A stretch of 63,471 bases of DNA, counting the filler, from Chiloscyllium plagiosum (Eukaryota), in assembly GCF_004010195.1 (NCBI RefSeq). It is 3 parts of one record of this genome, joined end to end, with 100 filler letters (N's around TTAATTAATTAA, not from the genome) between each part and the next. Parts side by side here need not be neighbours in the genome. Positions count along the whole stretch, not along the records: positions 1 to 27,819 come from NC_057712.1; positions 27,920 to 53,709 come from NC_057712.1; 1 more part is not named here. One strand, written 5' to 3'. A program made the translations under genes and the position numbers. Below the pieces are notes generated by a model, which made no database searches, had not been told where the DNA came from, and worked only from the letters and a program-made list of their open reading frames with translations. Positions 25,992 through 37,685 of this stretch are shown here, in pieces; position 1 is the first letter of the stretch, and each line of letters starts with the position of its first letter.

Positions 25992-27440
25992 TGGTAAGGG
26001 CAAACCAGGGAACTATAGACTGGTGAGCCTGATGTCGGTGATGAGCAAGTTGTTGGAGGGAATCCTGAGGGACAGGATGCACATATAGTTGGAAAGGCAG
26101 AGACTGATTAGGGATAGTCAACATGGCTTTGTGCGTGGGAAATCATGTCTCACAAACTTGATTGAGTTTTTTGAAGAAGTAACAAAGAAACTGATGAGAG
26201 AAGAGCGGTAGATGTGATTTATATGGACTTCAATAAGGCATTCGACATGGGAAGTTAGATCTCGTGGAATACAGGGAGAACTAGCCATTTGGATACAGAA
26301 CTGGCTCAAAGACAGAAGACAGAGGGTGGTGCTGATGACACCAAAATTGGAGGTATAGTGGACAGCGAAAAAGGTTACCTCAGATTACAACAGGATCTTG
26401 ATCAGATGGGCCAATTGGCTGAGGAGCGGCAGATGGAGTTTAATTCAGATAAATGTGAGGTGCTGCATTTTGGGAAAGCAAATCTTAGCAGGACTTATAC
26501 ACTTAATGGTAAGGTCCTAGGAAGTGGTATATATGGATTTTAGTAAGGCGTTTGATAAGGTTCCCCATGGTAGGCTACTGCAGAAAATACGGAGATATGG
26601 CATGGAGGGTGAGTTGGAGGTTTGGTTCTATGTTCTATGTTCTAAGTGTTGCTGAACAAAGAGACCTTCGGATGCAGGTTCATAAGCCTCTTGAAAGTGG
26701 AGTCGCAGATAGATAGGATAGTGAAGGCGTTTGGTATGCTTTCCTTTATTGGTCAGTGTATTGAGTACATGAGTTGGGAGGTCATGTTGCAGCTTTACGG
26801 GGAATTGGTTAGGCCACTTTTGGAATATTGTGTGTAATTCTGGTCTCCTTCCTATAGGAAGGATGTTGTGAAACTTGAAATGGTTCAGAAAAGATTTACA
26901 TGAATGTTGCCAGTTGGAGGATTTGAGCTATCGGGAGAGGTTGATTAGGCTGGGATTGTTTTCCCTGGAGCGTTGGAGGCTGAAGGGTGACCTTATAGAG
27001 GTTTATGAAATCATGACAGGCATAGATAGGATAAATATACAAGGTCTTTTCCCTGGGGTGGGGTAGTCCAGAAATAGAGGGCTTAGGTTTAGGGTAAGAG
27101 GAGAAAGATATAAAAGAGACCTAAGGGGTAAATGTTTCACGTAGAGGGTGATTTATGTATGGAATGAGCTGTCAGAGGAAGTGGTGGAGGCTCGTACAAT
27201 TGCAACATATAAAAGGGTAGATGAATAAAAAAGGTTTGGAGGGATATGGGCTGGGTGCTGGCAGGTGGGACTAGATTGGGTTGGGATATCTGGTCGGCAT
27301 GGATGAGTTGAACCGAAGGGTCTGTTTCAGTGCTGTACATCTCTATGACTCTATGTAATTTAACATGCCCAAATTACACCAGAGATCATGACTTTGCAAA
27401 TTCCTGTATTATTCTTGGTTCCACATATTCTCACATTGGG

Positions 27441-27819
27441 TCCAACCTCATAGTCCCACAACCCCGCACCGCCCGCTTCTACCTCCTGCCCAAAATCCAC
27501 AAACCTGACTGCCCCGGCCGACCCATTGTCTCCGCCTGCTCCTGCCCCACCGAACTCATCTCTGCATACCTTGACACCGTCCTGTCCCCCTTAGTCCAAG
27601 AACTCCCCACCTACGTTCGGGACACCACCCATGCCCTCAACCTGCTCCATGATTTTCGCTTCCCCGGTCCCCAGCACCTTATTTTCACCATGGACATCCA
27701 GTCCCTGTACACCTCCATCCCCCATCACGAAGGACTCAAAGCCCTCCGCTTCTTCCTTTCCCGCCGAACCAACCAGTACTCTTCCACTGTCACCCTCCTT
27801 CGACTGACTGAACTGGCCC
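27441..27819 (+). mobile_element. PLE family A RT fragment
   Basis: FYLLPKIHKPDCPGRPIVSACSCPTE...FTMDIQSLYTSIPH; ends at the linker gap. Confidence 0.9.
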
Positions 27820-27919
27820 NNNNNNNNNNNNNNNNNNNNNNNNNNNNNNNNNNNNNNNNNNNNTTAATTAATTAANNNNNNNNNNNNNNNNNNNNNNNNN
27901 NNNNNNNNNNNNNNNNNNN
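27820..27919. other. Artificial 100-bp join (N44-TTAATTAATTAA-N44)
   Basis: Six-frame stop 12-mer centred in Ns; flanks belong to unrelated TE families. Confidence 0.9.
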
Positions 27920-29865
27920 AGGTACGAAGGTAAATTGGCCAATAATATAAAGGAGGATAGTAAAAGCTTTTTTAGGTATGTGCAAGGCAAAAAAATGGTT
28001 AGGACTAAAATTGTGCCCTTGAAGACAGAAACAGGGGAATATATTATGGGGAACAAAGAAATGGCAGAGGAATTAAATGGGTACTTCAGATCTGTGTTCA
28101 CTGGGGAAGACACAAGCAATCTCCCCGAGGTAACAGTAGCTGAAGGGCCTGAACTTAAGAGAATTTATATTTGCCAGGATTTGGTGTTGGAGACACTGTT
28201 AGGTCTGAAGGTTGATAAGTCTCCGGGTCCTGATGGTGTGCATCCCAGGATACTGAAGGAGGTGGCTCGGGAAATCGTGGATGCGTTGGTGATTATTTTC
28301 CAGAGTTCGATAGATTCCTGGTCGGTTCCTGAGGATTGGAGGGTGGCTAATGTTATACCACTTTTTAAGAAAGGTGGGAGAGAGAAACAGGAAATTATAG
28401 ACCAGTTAGTCTGACCCCTGTGGTGGGAAAGATGCTGGAGTCTATTATAAAGGATGAAATTACGGCACATCTGGATAGTAGTAACAAGATAGGACAGAGT
28501 GAGCATGGATTTATGAAGGGGAAATCATGCTTGACTAATCTTCTTGAATTTTTTGAGGATATAACTCTGAAGATGGATGAGGGAGATCTAGTAGATGTAG
28601 TGTACCTGGACTTTCAGAAAGCTTTTGATAAAGTCCCACACAGGAGGTTAGTGAGTAAAATTAGGGCGCATGGTATTGGGGGCAAAGTACTAGATTGGAT
28701 TGAAAATTGGTTGGCTGATAGGAAACAAAGGGGAGTGATAAATGGCTCCATTTCGGAATGGCAGGCAGTGACCAGTGGGGTACCGCAGGGAACCGTGCTG
28801 GGGCCGCAGCTTTTTACAATATATGTTAATGATATAGAAGATGGTATCAGCAATAACATTAGCAAATTTGCTGATGATACAAAGCTGGGTGGCAGGGTGA
28901 AATGTGATGAGGATGTTAGGAGATTACAGGGTGACCTGGACAAGTTAGGTGAGTGGGCAGATGCATGGCAGATGCAATTTAATGTGGATAAATGTATGGT
29001 TATCCACTTTGGTAGAAAGAACAGGAAGGCAGACTACTACCTCAATGGAATCAATTTATGTAAAGAGGCAGTACAGAGAGATCTGGGTGTTCTTATACAC
29101 CAGTCAATGAAGGCANNNNNNNNNNNNNNNNNNNNNNNNNNNNNNNNNNNNNNNNNNNNNNNNNNNNNNNNNNNNNNNNNNNNNNNNNNNNNNNNNNNNN
29201 NNNNNNNNNNNNNNNNNNNNNNNNNNNNNNNNNNNNNNNNNNNNNNNNNNNNNNNNNNNNNNNNNNNNNNNNNNNNNNNNNNNNNNNNNNNNNNNNNNNN
29301 NNNNNNNNNNNNNNNNNNNNNNNNNNNNNNNNNNNNNNNNNNNNNNNNNNNNNNNNNNNNNNNNNNNNNNNNNNNNNNNNNNNNNNNNNNNNNNNNNNNN
29401 NNNNNNNNNNNNNNNNNNNNNNNNNNNNNNNNNNNNNNNNNNNNNNNNNNNNNNNNNNNNNNNNNNNNNNNNNNNNNNNNNNNGACATATAGGATTATTA
29501 AAGGATTGGACACTCTGGAGGCAGGAAACATGTTTCCGCTGATGGGCGAGTGCTGAACCAGAGGACACAGCTTAAAAATACGGGGTAGATCATTTAGGAC
29601 AGAGATGAGGAGAAACTTCTTCACCCAGAGAGTGGTGGCTGTGTGGAATGCTCTGCCCCAGAGGGCAGTGGAGGCCCAGTCTCTGGATTCATTTAAGAAA
29701 GAGTTGGATAGAGCTCTCAAAGATAGTGGGATCAAGGGTAATGGAGATAAGGCAGGAACAGGATACTAATTAGGAATGATCAGCCATGATCATGTTGAAT
29801 GGCGGTGCAGGCTCGAAGGGCTGAATGGCCTACTCCTGCACCTGTTGTCTATTGTCTATTGTCTA
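27920..29865 (+). mobile_element. Young CR1 LINE 3' half (N gap 29116-29483)
   Basis: Long ORFs with DFQKAFDKVPH, GVPQGTVLGP, KFADDTKL; (CTATTGT)n tail. Confidence 0.93.
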
Positions 29866-31114
29866 ACATACTCAATGGTACAAAGGGTTAATTCTGCTTC
29901 TATATCTTATGGTCTTCTGTTGTACTTGTGCTGTTCTTGTGAACTTTAACCTTTGGCTTTTACATTCCCAGGAAGGATTGTATGCCATACTTCACCAAAA
30001 CCCTTCTAAAAGTTCAGAAAAATAACTTGAACTACATTGCCTTAAAACTTAAATCCTAAAACCATATGCATTAGAAATGAGGACCATATTTAACGTAAAG
30101 CAGTAACAATTCTGGGCCCCTGCTATTTGCAGAGTTAATAATCAGCATTGTTAACATTACTGCATGCAAAATCCATTCTGATGAGCAGGTAGCTCATAAG
30201 TTGGTTTGACCTCTGCATTTCAAATGCTGGAGATGAGTTATTGACGCATGACAATCCTCATGCTCCTTCTTGGAAGTCTATCCAGTTTAGCCTGATTGAG
30301 TATAGAAGTTGTTACATAATGCTAGACTTTTAGCATCTGCAGTAATGTGCTTTTGTTTTCATATCAAAAGGAGTTTTGGCAGAGATGGCTCAAATCATGA
30401 AGTATTTGGATACAGTAAATGAAAAGAAACCTGTTTTTCCCCTCAGTGGCTGAAGGTAATTTTGGGTGATTGGCGAAAGAACCATTTTTATGCAACAAGT
30501 GATTTTGAAAGCAGTGATAATGATTTAATTATAACTCTCAAAGAGAGTTGGATATATATTTGAAAGAGTAAAATGTACTTATACGGGGAAAGAACAGGAC
30601 AGTGCGACCAAGTGGATAGCTCTGCAAAAGAACTGGCAGTGAATTGATCGGCCAAATTGCCTTCTTCTGTGATGAATTGTTTCAAGACTAGTTTATCAAT
30701 AATTTTGCTGTTTCTACACTAAAAGTCATGATTTATTTTTGATGTCTCCTGTTATGATCACAGAGATCACAGAGAATAAGGTAATTGTTCAAATCTTTGA
30801 CTTGTGCTGTTTGCTGATAAAATGCAGTGCCGGTAAAACAGTAATGTGAAATGATCCAATCAAATCTTGTTCATTCTCAATCAAAACAAGGAAATCAAAT
30901 TAACTATGGATTATTGAGGCATTTATTTTCAGAAGTTTCAATTTCTATTTTCATGTAAATATCTTTGAAATGTAAATGTAATTTTCATGTAAACATGAAA
31001 ATATTGAAACTGCACAAGCTATAATTCTGAAAGGTACTTACATAGATATCTTTAATACAATGAAAAGTTTGAAGTCCTCTTTTTGATTATAATATTCTTT
31101 GAATTCAATATTAC

Positions 31115-31330
31115 CTTGAGTGGCAGCACCTCTTTGTTGATCGCAAAGAAAGAAGCCATAGCTTGAGTCCAGGATAACAAACCAGCGACATTCCCACAGA
31201 CTTTCTTAGCATGTTCAAATGTATAATCTTCCATCATGAAATATGGCTGGAGAAGTTCTACTGTTTCATCATTGATGGTGTCCTTTGGAAACTGCTGCAG
31301 GGCCTGGAGAAAGCCAGTGCCACTCAACAA
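31115..31330 (-). CDS. DNAH8: Dynein heavy chain exon, microtubule-binding domain and stalk CC2
   Basis: ttctAG|...|GTaata, 216 nt, phase 0-0, [31 protein letters not shown]...[32 protein letters not shown]; continues the 47466-47633 exon in frame. Confidence 0.92.
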
Positions 31331-31364
31331 CTAGAATAAAGGAGTGACAAAAGTTCATTAGACC

Positions 31365-31630
31365 ATAAGAACATAAGAAATAGGAACAGGTGTAAGCAAT
31401 TCAAGCCTGCTCCACCATTCAACACAAAGTTACAGATCTAATATTCCGAATTTCCACTTTCCTGTCCTTTGCCTCAATCCTTGATTTCCCCTACTGATCA
31501 AGAATCTATCAATCTTAGCCTTAAATACAAACAAGGACTTTGTCTCCTTAGCTCTGTGTGGCAAGGAGTTTCAAAGACTGACAGTCCTGTGAGAGAAGAA
31601 ATTCCTCCTCATCTCAGTCTTAAATTGTCA
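31365..31630 (-). mobile_element. CR1 3' end fragment
   Basis: CATAAGAACATAAGAA tail in reverse; GAAGAAATTCCTCCTCATCTC. Confidence 0.7.
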
Positions 31631-32705
31631 CCTAGCCTCCTCCTTTAGAGACCGCAATTTCCCTCCCCACATAGTTAAAGATACCCTCCAACACATCTCG
31701 TCCACATCCCGCACCTCCGCCCTCAGACCCCACCTCTCCAACCATAACAAGGACAGAACGTCCCTGGTGCTCACCTTCCACCCTACCAACCTTCGCATTA
31801 ACCAAATCATCCACCGACATTTCCACCACCTTCAAATGGACCCCACCACCAGGGATATATTTCCCTCCCCACCCCTTTCCGCCTTCCGCAAAGACCGTTC
31901 CCTCCGTGACTACTTGGTCAGGTCCAAGCCCCCTTCAGCTCACCCTCCCATCCTGGCACCTTCCCCTGTCACCGCAGGAATTGCAAAGCCTGTGCCCACA
32001 CCTCCTCTCTCACCTCCATCCAAGGCCCTAAAGAAGCCTTCCACATCCATCAAAGTTTTTCCTGCACATCCACCAATATCATTTATTGTATCCGTTGCTC
32101 CCGATGCGGGCTCCTCTACATTGGGGAGACTGGACGCCTCCTAGCAGAGCGCTTTAGGGAACATCTTTGGGGCACCCGGACCAATCAACCACACCGCCCT
32201 ATGGCCCAACATTTCCACTCCCCTTCCCACTCTGCCGAGGACATGGAGGTCCTGGGCCTCCTTTACCGCCGCTCCCTCACCACCAGACGCCTGGAGGAAG
32301 AATGCCTCATCCTCCGCCTCGGAACACTTCGACCTCAGGGCATCAATGTGGACTTCAACAGTTTCCTCATTTCCCCTTCCCCCACCTCACCCCAGTTCCA
32401 AACTTCCAGCTCAGCACTGTCCCTTGACTTGTCCTACCTGCCTATCTTCTTTTCCACCTATCCACTCCACCCTCCTCCCTGACCTATCACCTTCATCCCC
32501 TCCCCCACTCACCTATTGAACTCTATGCTACTTTCTCCCCACCCCCACCCTCCTCTCACTTATCTCTCCACCCTTCAGGCTCTCTGCCTGTATTCCTGAT
32601 GAAGGGCTTTTGCCCGAAACGTCGATTTTACTGCTGCTCGGATGCTGCCTGAACTGCTGTGCTTTTCCAGCACCACTCTAATTTAGACTCTGGTTTCCAG
32701 CATTT
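31631..32705 (+). mobile_element. PLE family A 3' part (RT C-terminus, GIY-YIG, terminal repeat)
   Basis: LVLTFHP...SAFRKDRSLRDYLVRS; NIIYCIRCSRCGLLYIGETGR...RFREH; LGTLRPQGINVDF. Confidence 0.9.
32592..32627 (+). ncRNA. Hammerhead motif at the PLE 3' end
   Basis: ATTC-CTGATGA-A-GGGC TTTT GCCC-GAAAC-GTC-GATT: canonical CUGAUGA and GAAA core. Confidence 0.78.
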
Positions 32706-32950
32706 TTACCCCTTGTTAAAATTCAGATTGAGTCATTGATGGAAAGTTATTGCTTACACAGTCAACAGCACCATTGTCATTGTCTGATGTGAGAACTCTA
32801 TGGTAGGAGGTGAAGTAGATTCAGTATAATTTAGTAACTTCTATGCTCCTAAGTTGTTCTATGCATTCAAACTGAGTGTACAACAAAAGACAAAAATAAT
32901 ACATTTCTTATCATTTCTGAAAATAAATTATAAAGTTTAATTTATAATTA

Positions 32951-33325
32951 CAGTAGTGCTTCGACATACGAACGACCCCGTTCACGAACAAATCGGTTTG
33001 CGAACAGGATTGTATGTAAAATTTTGCTTCAATGTACGTACGAAATTCAAGGTACGAACGAAGGTACGAACACAAAAAGCCTGTGTGCGACCATGTGGTT
33101 TCATTGTTCTGCTTTGCTACGCGCTTGTTGAATGCAAAAGCTCTCGGGCCCTGCGTGATCTCATTCAGTTCGTTTTTGGCGCGTGCGCTGTGAACAGCGT
33201 TCGTTGCTATGTCCAAGCATTCTTACGTTATCCGAACAATGGGAAAAATTGATTCAGTTCGCGAACTTTTTGGTTCGCGAACCGGGTCCGGGAACGGATT
33301 AAGTTCGTAAATCGAGGCGCTACTG
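32951..33325. mobile_element. Tigger/pogo-type (Tc1/mariner) MITE
   Basis: TA|CAGTAGTGCTTCGACATACGAAC...GTTCGTAAATCGAGGCGCTACTG|TA: imperfect 23-bp TIRs, TA TSD, no transposase. Confidence 0.85.
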
Positions 33326-33837
33326 TATTTCAGATTAGCAAAGAGTCCGTGATTTTTCACAGAGTGATCATAGGTTTACATCTTCCTATGTTCTTATAAT
33401 GGATGGTCAAGCCAAGCTATTATGGAGCAGTCACTAGCAGCAGAATTGTTCTTTGCTAGTCATGCAAAATAAACTCATAACAAAATTGGCTGCTGTTTTA
33501 TTCAGGGTTTTATCTTTATTTTCATGAAAGTCAATAGAAATATCCAAGCCACTCTGTTTTATGATACTAAAGTCTACCTTCTCTGAATTCAAAACCTTTC
33601 ATTTGATTCCATTGTCCTTTTTCATGACCACCTTAAACCTTACTGAGTTATGATGATTATCACCAAGATGCTGTCTCATTAACATTCTGACGACCAGTTT
33701 TGTTCCCTAAATTAGATCCAGCATTGCCTTGGCTCTTGTCAGATTTTCGATATGCTGGCTTAAAAAGCTTTGTTGGATACACTTTGAGAGTTCTGCTCCC
33801 TCTAAGCCTTTCACACTTTATTTATCCCAATGATGAA

Positions 33838-34045
33838 GATTGGTTAGCTTATTTGGTTGATTGGCTGGCTTATGGTACTAACAGCACAGGTTCAATTCCT
33901 ACACCAGCTGAGATTAACATAAGCTTCCACCTCTTTACTTTAACCCTCACTTGAGACATGGTAATCCTCAGGTTAAACTCACCGCCAGTCATTTCTCTCT
34001 CATGACAGAGTGGCCTTCTGCCATTATGATGACTTTATCTTTAAC
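33838..34045 (+). mobile_element. Degenerate tRNA-derived SINE (second family)
   Basis: TAGCTTATTTGG A-box-like and GGTTCAATTCC B box; unrelated body. Confidence 0.5.
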
Positions 34046-35231
34046 TTAACTAATATTAGGAACGTTGAAATCCCCGACTACTTCTTATTATTTTCATACT
34101 TCTCTGAAATTTGCCAAAATATCTTCCTTTTTACCTCTTACTGACTATTTGGGAGTGCCATGCAGTGGGATGAGCAGTCAAAAAGCAGTGGTATCTGGAA
34201 ATGCTGGAAATGTACAGCGCATGTCATCTCCTGTGCATAGATCAACAACATCTGGTAATAATCACAGAAGAATTGAACTTTGACTGTAAGGCCTTCCAAT
34301 TGTTGAAGTCCCCTTGTTAGCCAATGAGAGAGCTGTCGACCACAAGCATGCAGTCAGCCTGGGAGAGTGTTACTCTAGCACAAAGGTTCTTTCAGCCTGA
34401 TAGGCTGTAACAGTTGGAAACATGATGGACTGGTTGATCCTCTTGAATGGGTTACTGTTATGATTTTTATACAGTAATGTACAGCTGCATGGGAGATGTC
34501 ACACGGATTACCACTAATACCCTGGAATGTGTCTGATATTTTGAATTCAGGACAACTATGACCTTACAAACCACTGATATCAGATGTCCATGATTTAATA
34601 TGAGCTATCCTCAACAGCCATCATGTCACAGAGAGTTATTGAGTTCTTTTTTGACAGGCAAAATGATTGGATACAGTAGTGCTTGGACTGCAAGGATTCA
34701 AGAAGGAAGCTCACCATCCTTGTCAAGGACAATTAAAGGATTGGCAGTAAATTCTGGCCCAGCCAGCAATGCCCACATCCCATGAGTACATAAAAAGGGA
34801 AGATCCAAGAGGCAACTGCCTGTCTTAGTGACATGTGTCTCCATGTCTAGGAAGTTGACTGAAAACCATCCTGAGCATTCTATACATTCTCCTTTTGAGA
34901 ACTAACCACTATTAGAACAAAGAACAAAAAAACTCTCCAGCACAAGAACAGGCCCTTTGGCCTACCAAACCTGCACCAACACATGCTGCTGATCTAAACT
35001 AAAAACTTTTTGCCTCCATGCAGTCTGTAACTCTCTATTCCCTGCCTATTCATGGATTTGTAAGATGCTTCTTGAATGTTGCTATTTTATTCATCTCCAC
35101 CACGTTCCCGGCAGCGCATTCCAGGCATTATCCATTCTCTGTGTTAAAAACTTGCCTGTCCTTTAAACTTTCCCATTTTTACCTGAAACTAATGTCCCCT
35201 AATAATTGATATTTCTACCCTAGGAAAAAAA

Positions 35232-37685
35232 GGACCACACCGCACGCTACGCCACTCCCACGTCGATCTCTGCCCCCACATTAATCTCCGCCCCCCACGT
35301 TACTCTCACCCCCACGTTACTCTCTGCCCCCACCCCACACCGCAGTTAATCTCTCCCCCACGTTGATCTCTGCCCCCACGACCAACTCCGCCCCCACTCC
35401 CAGCTCCAGCCCCACATCAGGTCCTAGGTCCTAGGTCCTAGCTCCCAGCCCTGCCGTATTTTCACCATCCCTCCAGACCTCCCACTCTCTGAGGATGAAC
35501 GATCAGTCCTCAGCAGAGGCCTCACCTTCATTCCCCTATGGTCCCGGATCAATGAGTTCGACACGCGGCGAGACATCGAGCATTTCTTCCGCCGCCTTCA
35601 CCTCCGCGCCTACTTCTTCAAACAGGACTCTCGCCCATCCTCTGACGACCCTTTCTCCCGCCTCCAACACACCCCAACCACCTGGACACCCCGTGCTGGC
35701 CTCTTACTCGCCCTCGATCTCTTCATATCCAACTGCCGCCGCGACATTGACCGCCTCAACCTGTCAACCGCTCTCACCCACTCCAACCTCTCACCCTCAC
35801 AATGCGCAGCCCTCCACTCTCTCCGCTCCAACCCCAACCTCACCATAAAACCAGCAGACAAGGTAGGCGCGGTGGTAGTTTGGCGCACCGATCTTTACAC
35901 CGCTGAAGCTCGACACCAACTCGCAGACAACTCCTCCTACTGCCCCCTTGACCATGACCTCACCTCGCAGCACCAAACCATCATCTCCCAGACCATCCAT
36001 AACCTCATCACCTCAGGGGATCTCCCATCCACTGCCTCCAACCGCATAGTCCCACAACCCCGCACCGCCCGTTTCTACCTCCTGCCTAAAATCCACAAAC
36101 CTACTGCCCCAGCCGACCCATCGTCTCAGCCTGCTCCTGTCCCACCGAACTCATCTCTGCATACCTCGACACGGTCCTGTCCCCCTTAGTCCAAGAACTC
36201 CCACCTACATTCGGGACACCACCCACGCCCTCCTCTTCCTCCATGATTTTCGCTTCCCCGGCCCCCAACGCCTTATCTTCATGATGGAAATCCAGTCCCT
36301 ATACACCCCCATCCCCCATCACGAAGGCCTCAAAGTCCTCCACTTCTTCCTCTCCCACCGACCCAACCAGTACCCTTCCACTGACACCCTCCTTCGACTG
36401 ACTGAACTGGTCCTCACTCTTAACAACTTCTCCTTCCAATCCTCCCACTTCCTCCAAACCAAAGGAGTAGCCATGGGCACCCGCATGGGCCCCAGCTATG
36501 CCTGCCTCTCCTTCAGATATGTGGAACAGTCCATCTTCCGCAGCTACACTGGCACCACCCCCCACCTTTTCCTCCGCTACATCGATGATTGTATTGGTGC
36601 TACCTCGTGCTCCCACGAGGAGGTTGAATACTTCATCCACTTTACTAACANNNNNNNNNNNNNNNNNNNNNNNNNNNNNNNNNNNNNNNNNNNNNNNNNN
36701 NNNNNNNNNNNNNNNNNNNNNNNNNNNNNNNNNNNNNNNNNNNNNNNNNNNNNNNNNNNNNNNNNNNNNNNNNNNNNNNNNNNNNNNNNNNNNNNNNNNN
36801 NNNNNNNNNNNNNNNNNNNNNNNNNNNNNNNNNNNNNNNNNNNNNNNNNNNNNNNNNNNNNNNNNNNNNNNNNNNNNNNNNNNNNNNNNNNNNNNNNNNN
36901 NNNNNNNNNNNNNNNNNNNNNNNNNNNNNNNNNNNNNNNNNNNNNNNNNNNNNNNNNNNNNNNNNNNNNNNNNNNNNNNNNNNNNNNNNNNNNNNNNNNN
37001 NNNNNNNNNNNNNNNNNNNNNNNNNNNNNNNNNNNNNNNNNNNNNNNNNNNNNNNNNNNNNNNNNNNNNNNNNNNNNNNNNNNNNNNNNNNNNNNNNNNN
37101 NNNNNNNNNNNNNNNNNNNNNNNNNNNNNNNNNNNNNNNNNNNNNNNNNNNNNNNNNNNNNNNNNNNNNNNNNNNNNNNNNNNNNNNNNNNNNNNNNNNN
37201 NNNNNNNNNNNNNNNNNNNNNNNNNNNNNNNNNNNNNNNNNNNNNNNNNNNNNNNNNNNNNNNNNNNNNNNNNNNNNNNNNNNNNNNNNNNNNNNNNNNN
37301 NNNNNNNNNNNNNNNNNNNNNNNNNNNNNNNNNNNNNNNNNNNNNNNNNNNNNNNNNNNNNNNNNNNNNNNNNNNNNNNNNNNNNNNNNNNNNNNNNNNN
37401 NNNNNNNNNNNNNNNNNNNNNNNNNNNNNNNNNNNNNNNNNNNNNNNNNNNNNNNNNNNNNNNNNNNNNNNNNNNNNNNNNNNNNNNNNNNNNNNNNNNN
37501 NNNNNNNNNNNNNNNNNNNNNNNNNNNNNNNNNNNNNNNNNNNNNNNNCTCCCCCCTACCTTTTATCTCAGCCCACTTGGCACACCAGCCGCATTCCTGA
37601 AGAAGGGCTTATGCCCGAAACGTCGATTCTCCTGCTCCTCGGATGCTATCTGGCCTGTTGTGTTTTTCCAGCACCACATTTTTCA
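35232..37685 (+). mobile_element. PLE family A, long copy (N gap 36651-37548)
   Basis: C-rich linker repeats; VLSRGLTF; IKPADK; LPKIHK; GVAMGTRMGPSYA; LRYIDD; terminal repeat after the gap. Confidence 0.92.
37593..37628 (+). ncRNA. Hammerhead motif at the PLE 3' end
   Basis: ATTC-CTGAAGA-A-GGGC TTAT GCCC-GAAAC-GTC-GATT. Confidence 0.75.

Larger units (their letters stand above)
24910..27355 (+). mobile_element. CR1 LINE ORF2 with internal deletions and nested PLE pieces
   Basis: GVYYRP..VGDFNF..SDHNSI; RT motifs; 3' end CTGTACATCTCTATGACTCTATG. Short CR1 3' pieces also at about 24455-24905. Confidence 0.88.

Noticed and set aside
30178..30200. CTGATGAG followed by a hairpin as a hammerhead
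   Set aside because: No GAAA after the stem and no matching stem I.
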